Below are positions 55,982-64,000 of a stretch of DNA of 64,000 nt, piece by piece (position 1 is the stretch's first letter; every line of letters starts with the position of its first letter). The position numbers and the translations under genes were made by a program. The stretch spans positions 192,942 through 256,941 of the forward strand of contig JAQUQO010000001.1 of assembly GCA_028716045.1 (NCBI GenBank), read 5' to 3'. The notes below the pieces were generated by a model that was not told the DNA's origin, searched no databases, and saw nothing but the letters and a program-made list of their open reading frames with translations. This stretch comes from Patescibacteria group bacterium (GTDB lineage Bacteria; Patescibacteriota; Patescibacteriia; JAQUQO01).

Positions 55982-57775
55982 ATGTTTAAAAATCAGGAAG
56001 GTAAAACTTCTTTTAGTAGTTTGATATTAGGATTTTTAGTTATTGTTCTTTTGGGGATAGTGGTCTTACAGGTAAAAGAGAACATTGATTTGAAAGTTTC
56101 TTTAAAGAATAATGAAGAGCAGGCGTCAACCAGTGAAAAGATTACTCCTTTGGCGCTTAATTTGTCCTGGCAGCAGGGTAAGGTTTTTGTTGAAGAACCG
56201 GGGGCGGATTTTACCACCGTGGAAACGGGCGTGCTATTGAAAGAGGGTTGGGCGATAAAATTAGATAAGAACGCGCGGGCGATTTTGGAGTTTGCCAGCG
56301 GCGGGGTTTTGAGATTGGACGGCGGGGCAGAGATTGTCTTAACTAAATTAAGTAAGGAAGAAATTGTTTTGACTCAAATCAGCGGTTCTTCTTATCATCG
56401 GGTTATTGTAGACGAAAATGGTGTATACAAAATTGATTCACTCGGCCAGACGATTGTCGCCTTAGGAACGGCGTTTAACGTCGCTTGCGATAAAGACGGA
56501 GGCGCTCTTAAAGTGGATGTGATAGAGAATAAGGTTAAGGTGGAAATCAAAAAAGAGGGGAAAGTTAAAGAAGAGAAAACCGTGGAGGCCGGTCAGGGGG
56601 CCAAAGTGGACAGCGCCAAAGAATTAGCCGAAGTGGCCAAGTTGACGGAAGCTGACTTAAAAACGGATTGGTATTTATGGAACAAGGAAGAAGATAGTAA
56701 AAAATCTTATGAGTTAGGAGTGTTAAAGGATATTAAGAAAGATGAGGAGTTAAAAGAAGAAGAAAATGAGGAAGATGAGGGGGCGGGGAGCAGTGCGGAG
56801 GAAAATAAAAAAAGCGAATATCTTACTCTTTGGGGTACGGCGCAAGATGACGGTATTCATCTTTCCTGGACGCCTTATGCCGGCGATAATTTTTCTTATT
56901 ATAAAATCGTGCGTTCGGAAAATAATCCCGATTTAAAATATCCCGCTGACGGATATATTAAAGTTTCTTCGGATAAAAGTTTTTCTTCTTCTATTGACTC
57001 CACCGCTAAAAAGGGGGCGGAGTATTATTATCGCATTTGCGCTAAGATCGGAGAGGAAATAAAATGCGGAAACGTGATTCAAAGAACGGCTGTCAACGAG
57101 AGTAAAGAAGAGGAAACGGAGAAAAAAGACGAGGCAAAGAACACTTTCACATTGGTTGAAAATGCCCTGAATTTGAGCGTTGAAGCCAAGACCGACGGCA
57201 TTCACCTTTCCTGGACGCCTTATGCCGGTACGGATTTTTCTTATGGTAAAGTCGTGCGTTCGGAAACCAACGCTAATTTATATTATCCGAATGACGGTTA
57301 TATTAAGGTTTTAAATGATAAGGAATCGGTCGCTTACCTTGATTCTTCGGCTAAGGGCGGTACGGATTATTATTATCGCATTTGCGTTAAAACAAGTTCG
57401 GGTGAAGTTAAGTGCGGCAATGTCATGAAAATAAAAGCTGCCACGGCCGGCGGAGAGGAAACATCCCAGACTGAAGGGTTTAAGGCTATCACGGGTGAAC
57501 TTCAGCTTTCTGTTTCCAAGGCCAGCGACGGCGTGCATCTTTCCTGGACGCCGCGCGCCGGAGAAGGTTTTATGTATTATAAAGTCGTGCGTTCGGAAAC
57601 CAATCCGGACCTGTATTATCCCAACGATGGTTATATTAAATATTCAACGAAAAGAACTTTTAATTCTTATCTTGATGCTGACATAGCCGCTGGAAAAACC
57701 TACTATTACCGAGTTTGCAGTAAAGAGGAAAGCGGGGAGGTGTGGTGCGGCAATGTCGTGACGGTTAATAATTAA
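55982..57775 (+). CDS. FecR-domain surface protein with three FnIII-like repeats
   Basis: TM segment, VALGTAFNV, 3x DG(I/V)HLSWTP..VRSE.N..L.YP.DGYIK..YYYR(I/V)C..CGNV. Confidence 0.82.
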   Translation: MFKNQEGKTSFSSLILGFLVIVLLGIVVLQVKENIDLKVSLKNNEEQASTSEKITPLALNLSWQQGKVFVEEPGADFTTVETGVLLKEGWAIKLDKNARAILEFASGGVLRLDGGAEIVLTKLSKEEIVLTQISGSSYHRVIVDENGVYKIDSLGQTIVALGTAFNVACDKDGGALKVDVIENKVKVEIKKEGKVKEEKTVEAGQGAKVDSAKELAEVAKLTEADLKTDWYLWNKEEDSKKSYELGVLKDIKKDEELKEEENEEDEGAGSSAEENKKSEYLTLWGTAQDDGIHLSWTPYAGDNFSYYKIVRSENNPDLKYPADGYIKVSSDKSFSSSIDSTAKKGAEYYYRICAKIGEEIKCGNVIQRTAVNESKEEETEKKDEAKNTFTLVENALNLSVEAKTDGIHLSWTPYAGTDFSYGKVVRSETNANLYYPNDGYIKVLNDKESVAYLDSSAKGGTDYYYRICVKTSSGEVKCGNVMKIKAATAGGEETSQTEGFKAITGELQLSVSKASDGVHLSWTPRAGEGFMYYKVVRSETNPDLYYPNDGYIKYSTKRTFNSYLDADIAAGKTYYYRVCSKEESGEVWCGNVVTVNN

Positions 57776-57777
57776 AT

Positions 57778-58758
57778 ATGAACAAAAAGCAGATAATTTT
57801 TTTAGCCATTTTTGTTCTCTTGGTAATTTCGGGCATTTTTTTCCTGGCGATTTTTGAGAAAGCAAACGTTAAAGAACAAAAATCAGAAGAAAAAAAATTA
57901 CGAGTGGTGACGACCGTTTTACCGCTCTATGCTTTTACAAAGAATATAGTCGGTGACAAAGCGGAGGTGGAAAATCTTCTGCCGGCGGGCGCCGGTTGCG
58001 CTCACGATTATTCTTTTACTCCCGCTGACGTAATTAAAATTTTTAAAGCCGATGTGGTGATAAAGAACGGCGCTCATCTTGACGATTGGGTGGATGAAAT
58101 TATAGAAAGTGCCGGCAGGGGAAATTTAAAAGTTATTGACGCGAGCGAAGGGATAGAACTTTTAGGCGTGGTCGAATCAGCTAAAAAACCAGAGGAAGAT
58201 GAGCACGCTCATAGCGAGGAGGGGAACCCGCACGTTTGGCTTGACCCTCTTTTAGCCGTTAAGGAAGTGGAAAAAATCGGCGGGGGGCTGATGGAGGCCG
58301 ACCCGGGAAACAAAAGCGTTTATTTGGAAAATTCCATAGCTTACATAAGAAAATTGCGGGATTTGGATAAAGAATTAGAATTGGGACTTCAAGATTTAAA
58401 AACAAAAAATTTTATCTCTTTCCACGCGGCCTTTGATTATTTTGCCAAACGGTATGGTTTGAATCAGGTAGCGGTGCTTGAAGAGTCCCCCGGCAAAGAG
58501 CCTGGAGCGCAATACATTGCCAATCTAATAAATTTAATAAAAAAATATAAAGTACCGGCCTTGTTTACCGAACCGCAATACTCTCCCAAACTTATGGAAA
58601 CTTTGGCGGCTGATTTGAAATTGCCGGTTTTTGAGCTTGACCCTCTGGTCACCGGCGAGTTTACTTTGGATTTTTACGAAAAAGGCATGAGAAAGAACAC
58701 GGAAATTTTAAAAGAGGCCTTGGGAGTGAAAAACGAAGAGAATAATACTGAAAAATAA
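57778..58758 (+). CDS. znuA: Zn/Mn ABC transporter substrate-binding protein
   Basis: HDYSFTP, NPHVWLDP, FHAAFDYF, FTEPQ. Confidence 0.9.
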   Translation: MNKKQIIFLAIFVLLVISGIFFLAIFEKANVKEQKSEEKKLRVVTTVLPLYAFTKNIVGDKAEVENLLPAGAGCAHDYSFTPADVIKIFKADVVIKNGAHLDDWVDEIIESAGRGNLKVIDASEGIELLGVVESAKKPEEDEHAHSEEGNPHVWLDPLLAVKEVEKIGGGLMEADPGNKSVYLENSIAYIRKLRDLDKELELGLQDLKTKNFISFHAAFDYFAKRYGLNQVAVLEESPGKEPGAQYIANLINLIKKYKVPALFTEPQYSPKLMETLAADLKLPVFELDPLVTGEFTLDFYEKGMRKNTEILKEALGVKNEENNTEK

Positions 58759-58762
58759 TTGT

Positions 58763-60589
58763 ATGTGCGGAATAATCGCTTACATCGGAGATAAGGAGGC
58801 CTTGCCGATTTTAATTAATGGGCTTAGGCGTTTGGAATATCGCGGTTATGATTCCGCCGGCGTGGCTTTATTTTTTAACGGCGAGATGAAAAGGGTCCGG
58901 GCGGTCGGCAAAATTGATAATCTAGCCGAGAAAATTAAGGGCGAAAATCTGGCGGGTTCGGTCGGTATTGCTCATACTCGCTGGGCGACTCACGGCGGAG
59001 TGAGTGAAGCCAACGCGCATCCGCACAGCGCCTGCGCCGACGATATCATGATTGCCCACAATGGCATCATTGAAAATTATCGCGAACTCAAAAGACAGTT
59101 TTTATCCGAACATCAAATAAAATCCGAAACCGATACGGAAATTTTAGCTCATCTAATAGAAGTTTTTTATGACGGCGATTTGTTAAAAGCCGTACGCCGG
59201 GCTTTAGCCGAAGTGCGGGGCACTTACGGCTTGGTGGCCATGCACGTTGCCGAACCGGATAAAATTGTGGCGGCGAGAATGGGAAGCCCCTTGGTGATCG
59301 GCGTGGGGGAGGGGGAATATTATATTGCTTCAGACACCTCGCCGATGCTGGCCTACACTAAGAAAGTTATTTTTCTGGATGATGGCGAGCTGGCGGTCAT
59401 CGAGAAAAGCGATATGCGGATTTATAATATTAATGCCGAGACGATTGAAAAACACGTGGAACAAATAGACTGGGATGAAGCGCAGGCGCAGAAACAGGGT
59501 TTCCCGCATTTTATGCTCAAAGAAATTTTTGACCAGCCGAAAGTGATACAGGATGCCCTGCGCGGTCGCTATAATTTAGAAGAAGGTACGGCGCATTTGG
59601 GAGGTCTGAATATGAGCGAGGAAGAAATGCATCGGGTAAAAAAAGTGGTATTTCTGGCGTGCGGTACGGCTTATTACGCCGCTCTGGTCGGCAAATATGC
59701 CTTTGAAAGATTGGCCGGATTACCCGCGGAGGCGGATGTGGCGAGCGAATTCAGATATCGGGACCCAATTATAGACAAAGAGACGTTGGTATTTGGGATT
59801 TCGCAATCCGGGGAGACAGCCGACACCCTGGCCGCTTTAAGGGAGGCCAAGCGCAAGGGCGCTTATGTGCGCGGTATTGTCAATGTGGTGGGTTCTACGA
59901 TTGCTCGTGAGACAGATGGCGGCACTTATATCCACGCCGGTCCGGAATTAGCCGTGGCATCCACCAAGGCCTATACCAACATGGTGGCGGTTCTAATCCT
60001 CTATGCTTTGCAATTCGGACGTCTGAATCGCGTGTCTTTGGCTACTGGCCAGCGCTTGCTTAACGCTCTGACGGAAATCCCTCAAAAGATGGAAGGGTTT
60101 TTAAAAAATAACAACGAGGGGATAGCGGCCCTGGCGGAGAAATATCAAAATTTTAAGAATCTTCTTTTTTTGGGGCGAGGTATTAATTATCCGGTGGCGC
60201 TGGAGGGGTCGCTGAAGCTGAAAGAAATCACTTATATTCATAGCGAGGCCTATCCGGGCGGGGAGATGAAACACGGGCCAATCGCGCTTTTGTCGGAAGA
60301 TTTTCCGGTGGTGGCGATTATGGCCAAGGACCAGCTTTACGACAAAATGAGAAGTAATGTTGAGGAAATTCGCGCCCGAAAAGCGCCGCTGATTTTAATC
60401 GCGACTGAAGGCGATGCCAAAGCCGCAGAGCTGGCCGAAGAAGTGATTTATGTTCCGGAAACAATGGAGCTTCTACAACCCCTGCTTAATGTTTTACCTT
60501 TGCAATTATTGGCTTATCATATAGCCGCGGGATTGGGGCGGGACGTTGACCGGCCGAGAAATTTGGCCAAGAGCGTCACGGTGGAATAA
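58763..60589 (+). CDS. glmS: Glutamine--fructose-6-phosphate aminotransferase
   Basis: MCGI, LEYRGYDSAG, HTRWATHG, SQSGETAD, PRNLAKSVTVE. Confidence 0.99.
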   Translation: MCGIIAYIGDKEALPILINGLRRLEYRGYDSAGVALFFNGEMKRVRAVGKIDNLAEKIKGENLAGSVGIAHTRWATHGGVSEANAHPHSACADDIMIAHNGIIENYRELKRQFLSEHQIKSETDTEILAHLIEVFYDGDLLKAVRRALAEVRGTYGLVAMHVAEPDKIVAARMGSPLVIGVGEGEYYIASDTSPMLAYTKKVIFLDDGELAVIEKSDMRIYNINAETIEKHVEQIDWDEAQAQKQGFPHFMLKEIFDQPKVIQDALRGRYNLEEGTAHLGGLNMSEEEMHRVKKVVFLACGTAYYAALVGKYAFERLAGLPAEADVASEFRYRDPIIDKETLVFGISQSGETADTLAALREAKRKGAYVRGIVNVVGSTIARETDGGTYIHAGPELAVASTKAYTNMVAVLILYALQFGRLNRVSLATGQRLLNALTEIPQKMEGFLKNNNEGIAALAEKYQNFKNLLFLGRGINYPVALEGSLKLKEITYIHSEAYPGGEMKHGPIALLSEDFPVVAIMAKDQLYDKMRSNVEEIRARKAPLILIATEGDAKAAELAEEVIYVPETMELLQPLLNVLPLQLLAYHIAAGLGRDVDRPRNLAKSVTVE

Positions 60590-60609
60590 AGAAATATTTT
60601 TAAGATATT

Positions 60610-61320
60610 ATGCCGTTTTTTGAGGCAAAAAATTTAACTGTCAGATATGGAGACGCCGTTATTTTAGACAAACTTTCTTTTTCTATTGATGACGGTGATA
60701 TCGTCGCTATCATCGGTCCGAATGGTTCCGGCAAGACGACTTTGGTTAAGGCCATCCTTGGTCTGATAAAATATGACGGAGAGATAAAATGGGCCCGCGA
60801 TGTGAGTTTTGGTTATGTCCCGCAGAAACTGGAATTTGACCGCAGTTTTCCCATCACCGTCAGGGAATTATTTTTTTTAAGATTGCCAAACGTGTTTTTC
60901 GGTTCCGGCAAGAAGCGGACTACGGAGAAAGTAAGATTTCTTCTTTCCCGCGTCGGCGCCGAAAAATTATTGGAAAAACAAATTGGCAGTTTGTCGGGAG
61001 GGGAGTTGCAAAGGGTGCTGGTGGCTTACGCTCTGGTCGGCCGTCCGCAAGTTTTATTTTTTGACGAGCCGTCGGCCGGCATTGATATCGGCGGAGAAGA
61101 AACTATCTATAATCTCATTCACCAGGTCTGCCACGAGGAACGATTGACTGCCTTCTTCGTTTCCCATGATTTGGATGTGGTTTTTGACCATGCTGACAAA
61201 GTGGTTTGCTTAAATAGGAAGCTCATTTGCCAGGGGATTCCGCAGAAAGTTTTAACCGGCAGAAAATTAGAAGAGATTTACGGCCACGGGGTGGCGACCT
61301 ACGAACATCATCACGAATAA
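60610..61320 (+). CDS. znuC: Zn/Mn ABC transporter ATPase
   Basis: GPNGSGKTT, LSGGELQR, FDEP, SHD, His-rich tail. Confidence 0.9.
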   Translation: MPFFEAKNLTVRYGDAVILDKLSFSIDDGDIVAIIGPNGSGKTTLVKAILGLIKYDGEIKWARDVSFGYVPQKLEFDRSFPITVRELFFLRLPNVFFGSGKKRTTEKVRFLLSRVGAEKLLEKQIGSLSGGELQRVLVAYALVGRPQVLFFDEPSAGIDIGGEETIYNLIHQVCHEERLTAFFVSHDLDVVFDHADKVVCLNRKLICQGIPQKVLTGRKLEEIYGHGVATYEHHHE

Positions 61321-61331
61321 TTTTTTTACCC

Positions 61332-62147
61332 ATGTTTGAATTTCTCGCCTATTCTTTCATTCAGAGAGCCCTGATTGCGGGCGTTATTATCGGCATTATC
61401 ACTGCCGTGCTTGGCGTTTTCGTTATTCTGCGCAAGATGTCTTTTTTTTCCGACGCCATTGCCCATTCCAGCTTGACCGGCATCGCTCTCGGCGCGCTCC
61501 TGAATTTTGACCCGCTTTTAGGCGCGGTGGTTTTTTGTATTTTGGTCGCTCTGGGCATTGCTTTTTTAAATAAAAAAAGCGTCCTTTCCATAGACGCCAT
61601 CATCGGCGTATTTTTTTCCGCTTCCGTCGCTTTGGGCGTGGTAGTCATCGGATTTCTGCGCGGTTATCGGGTGGATTTATTTAAATTTTTGTTCGGCGAT
61701 ATTTTAGGGGTGACCAGCTGGGATATTATTATTATTTCCGTTTTGGGAATCGCCGTGCTGGCTTTAGTGGCTTTTTTATTTAAAGATTTTGCCAAAATCG
61801 CTTTTCATCGGGACTTGGCCGAAGTTGAGGGACTGGCCGTTGATTTTTACGATTATCTTTTTATGTTTATTCTGGCGCTCACGGTGGCGGTAGGATTAAA
61901 AATTGCCGGCGCCATTCTTATCGGCCCTTTGCTTATTATTCCCCCGGCCACGGCGAAAAATATGGCTATTAATCTGAAAGAGATGCTGGTGTTTTCGGTG
62001 ATTGTCGGCGTTTTGTCAGCTCTTATCGGCATTGTCGCCTCTTATTATCTAAATACCGCCTCCGGCCCGACCATTGTTTTGGCCAGCTCGGTTATTTTTA
62101 TCTTTAGTTTATTTTACAGAAGATTTGTTTTGGGCAGTTCTTTGTGA
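61332..62147 (+). CDS. znuB: Zn/Mn ABC transporter permease
   Basis: RKMSFFSDAIAH, LFGDILGV; start moved to 61332. Confidence 0.9.
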   Translation: MFEFLAYSFIQRALIAGVIIGIITAVLGVFVILRKMSFFSDAIAHSSLTGIALGALLNFDPLLGAVVFCILVALGIAFLNKKSVLSIDAIIGVFFSASVALGVVVIGFLRGYRVDLFKFLFGDILGVTSWDIIIISVLGIAVLALVAFLFKDFAKIAFHRDLAEVEGLAVDFYDYLFMFILALTVAVGLKIAGAILIGPLLIIPPATAKNMAINLKEMLVFSVIVGVLSALIGIVASYYLNTASGPTIVLASSVIFIFSLFYRRFVLGSSL

Positions 62148-62251
62148 TAAAGCGGAAATTTTTGTAAGGATAGCGGGGCTTGAAGAAAATTTAATAATAT
62201 ATTAGTATAAAACTATATAATTGTTGTTTAACATTTAACAAGGAGGATACA

Positions 62252-62431
62252 ATGGATGGAGAAAACATGGGAGAAAGCGCAGGAAGGGCATCGGAAGCCC
62301 CAAAAAAGAAAAGGAGAAAACTGACACCAGAGGAGAAAGAGGAAATTATGAAAGCATATCTTAGAGATAAAGATATTGAAGCGTGGCAATCCGCAAGCGA
62401 TCAACTATTAAAACCTAAACAAAAAGATTAG
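62252..62431 (+). CDS. 59-aa small charged protein (below the ORF-track cut-off)
   Basis: SD AAGGAGG; MDGENMGESAGRASEAPKKKRRKLTPEEKEEIMKAYLRDKDIEAWQSASDQLLKPKQKD. Confidence 0.65.
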   Translation: MDGENMGESAGRASEAPKKKRRKLTPEEKEEIMKAYLRDKDIEAWQSASDQLLKPKQKD

Positions 62432-62710
62432 CATGTTCTTTCGCCAAAATAATTAGGGTAGAGTATAATCTCTACCTTTTTTATTTGTTCTAAGTATTTT
62501 CAATTTCCACACTTGATTGGAAATAATTAAAGGGACGGACGGTGGATTTCACTATTCGTCCTTTTGGTTGGTTAGCGGCGATTGGGCCCTGCAGAAGTAG
62601 AGGAACGCTCAAGAGAGGGAAAAGACCCGGAATTTCTGGCTTTTGAGAGAAAGACACGTTGGAATCTTCTTTCCGTCTTAAAGAAGAAAAAGTGAGGGCT
62701 ATGTTTATTC

Positions 62711-62742
62711 AAAATCCACCGCTATTAAGCAGTGGATTTTTT
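62711..62742. terminator. Terminator
   Basis: AAAATCCACCGCT..AGCAGTGGATTTT. Confidence 0.65.
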
Positions 62743-62755
62743 ATTTTTATTAATT

Positions 62756-62790
62756 CTCCCCTTAAGATAAGGGGAGGGGAGGAGGGGTTA
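62756..62790. repeat. CTCCCC(C)TT..AAGGGGAG..GAGGGGTTA REP-like element
   Basis: Hairpin plus G-rich tail; single copy in window. Confidence 0.45.
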
Positions 62791-63588
62791 GGATTTTAAG
62801 AGGGGGGTTTCTACTACCACCATTATTTTCTGCCCGGTGTAGATATTTTCTTTTGTGCCGTTCCAATCGTGAACGGCATTCAAAAGATTATCATATTTAT
62901 ATTTAAACCCCTCGCCACGCTTGGTGCCCGGGTCATTGGTGATAAACTCGTTGCGGTCATAGCCGCGGATGACAAGCATATGATAAGCCGGTCCTTCGCC
63001 GGAGAAATAGGGATTGTCCAAAAGCCGCCCGGCAGTGGGGACGATGATTAAATTGCCCTTGTTTAATTCCTCCTTGATTTTATCCGCGGATACTTCTTTT
63101 GAGGTCCGCGCTTTGACATTATAATATTTATCCAAAATTTCCACGACATTCTCGGCCGTGGAATCTTCCCAAAAGCCGAAATAATTTTTTTCCCATTCCA
63201 CTAATTTTAATATCTCGTCATTCATTATATTTTTATCCAGCGGTTCGTCCTTGAAGTATTTGGCCGCCATAATAATACTGGCTTCTTCGCAGGCCTCCTG
63301 ATAAGGCATCCCCCAGTCGGCGAATGGCGCTTGGGGGGCGAAGGGGACGGGGATGTCTAAAGTTGTTTTGATTTGGATAATTTCTTCCGGAGCGGCCGGC
63401 GGGGTTTCTATTGGTGGTTGGTCTTCCGGCTGGGCTTCGGCAGGCGGAAGCTCCTCTTCGGAAAAATTCCCCGAGTCCGTCTTTTGCTCGGGTTGATTAA
63501 GATTTTGTTCCGGCTCGGAAGGTTTTGTGAAATCACAGCCGCCCAGAAACAAGGTTATTATTACAATAAGAGGTAAAAGTCCGCGCAT
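62788..63588 (-). CDS. C39-like peptidase lipoprotein
   Basis: Lipobox LGGC; QEACEEAS, YHMLVIRGYD, NDP. Confidence 0.85.
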   Translation of the reverse strand: MRGLLPLIVIITLFLGGCDFTKPSEPEQNLNQPEQKTDSGNFSEEELPPAEAQPEDQPPIETPPAAPEEIIQIKTTLDIPVPFAPQAPFADWGMPYQEACEEASIIMAAKYFKDEPLDKNIMNDEILKLVEWEKNYFGFWEDSTAENVVEILDKYYNVKARTSKEVSADKIKEELNKGNLIIVPTAGRLLDNPYFSGEGPAYHMLVIRGYDRNEFITNDPGTKRGEGFKYKYDNLLNAVHDWNGTKENIYTGQKIMVVVETPLLKS

Positions 63589-63713
63589 AAAATTGGCAAT
63601 TTAGTTTTTAGCTCGTAAACAATTTAATTATAAGACCATGGTTTAATAAAGGCAACGGTTGGTGGCGTGGTTTTTCAAATATGATATAATAGAAACATCT
63701 AATAAAAAAAACT

Positions 63714-64000
63714 ATGAATAAAAAATTATTAAAGAAGAAGCTGGCGGGATTTACCCTGATTGAACTTTTGGTAGTTATCGCCATTATCGTTATTCTTTTC
63801 GCGGTGATTTTGGTGGCCGTGGACCCGGCTAAGCGCATTGGTCAGGCGCAGGACGCGGTCCGGCGCCAGGATGTGCGCGATATTTCAGAAGCGATTCAGG
63901 AATACATCGTGGACAATAATGGTTCTTTCCCGTCCGGTTTAATTGCCGATGGCAGTTATAAAATGCTTGGCGCTTGTTCAAGCGGAGCCAGTTGCGTCGC
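63714..64000 (+). CDS. Type IV pilin-like protein (runs off the window)
   Basis: MNKKLLKKKLAG|FTLIELLVVIAII prepilin motif. Confidence 0.93.
   Translation, partial: MNKKLLKKKLAGFTLIELLVVIAIIVILFAVILVAVDPAKRIGQAQDAVRRQDVRDISEAIQEYIVDNNGSFPSGLIADGSYKMLGACSSGASCV

Noticed and set aside
62513-62694. Structured RNA or gene after 62431
   Set aside because: One modest hairpin and a short frame without a good start; most likely a gene remnant.
1-64000. Alternative genetic code (UGA = Gly)
   Set aside because: Conserved genes are full length under code 11, and several genes end in TGA.

Overview
64 kb of a low-GC bacterial chromosome using genetic code 11. Gene content points to Patescibacteria/CPR, probably Parcubacteria-ABY1-like (inferred): SD-less housekeeping genes, archaeal-type pyrH, homodimeric GlyRS, short TsaB, DUF4012, a type IV pilin. 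Core genes include eno, two gpmI, mutM, thiI, polX, mltG, metK, pyrH, rplJL, mreB, holB, frr, glyQS, tpiA, rpmG, dusB, glmS, znuABC, a glycosyltransferase cluster and 4 tRNAs. The most interesting signals are non-coding. (1) A 24-bp palindrome with core GTCGCGAC occurs 7 times; six copies sit directly against sigma70 -35 boxes between duplicated CTTG, and one sits in a duplicated tRNA-Trp half next to a GIY-YIG gene. (2) A tRNA-Asn gene lies behind an Asn5 leader with terminator/antiterminator geometry, a candidate ribosome-mediated attenuator of a tRNA gene. (3) A four-helix-bundle gene is bracketed by inverted 7-mer arrays, and an ORF-less copy of the same arrays lies 4.5 kb away. (4) Two convergent long-hairpin ncRNA candidates follow metK. 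(5) Stand-alone accessory genes share a boxA-like motif plus a strong SD. (6) Also present: tRNA scars filled with mini-hairpins, a RAYT with in-frame REP repeats, and an orphan DGR-target-like gene. All calls come from reading by eye; no searches were run.
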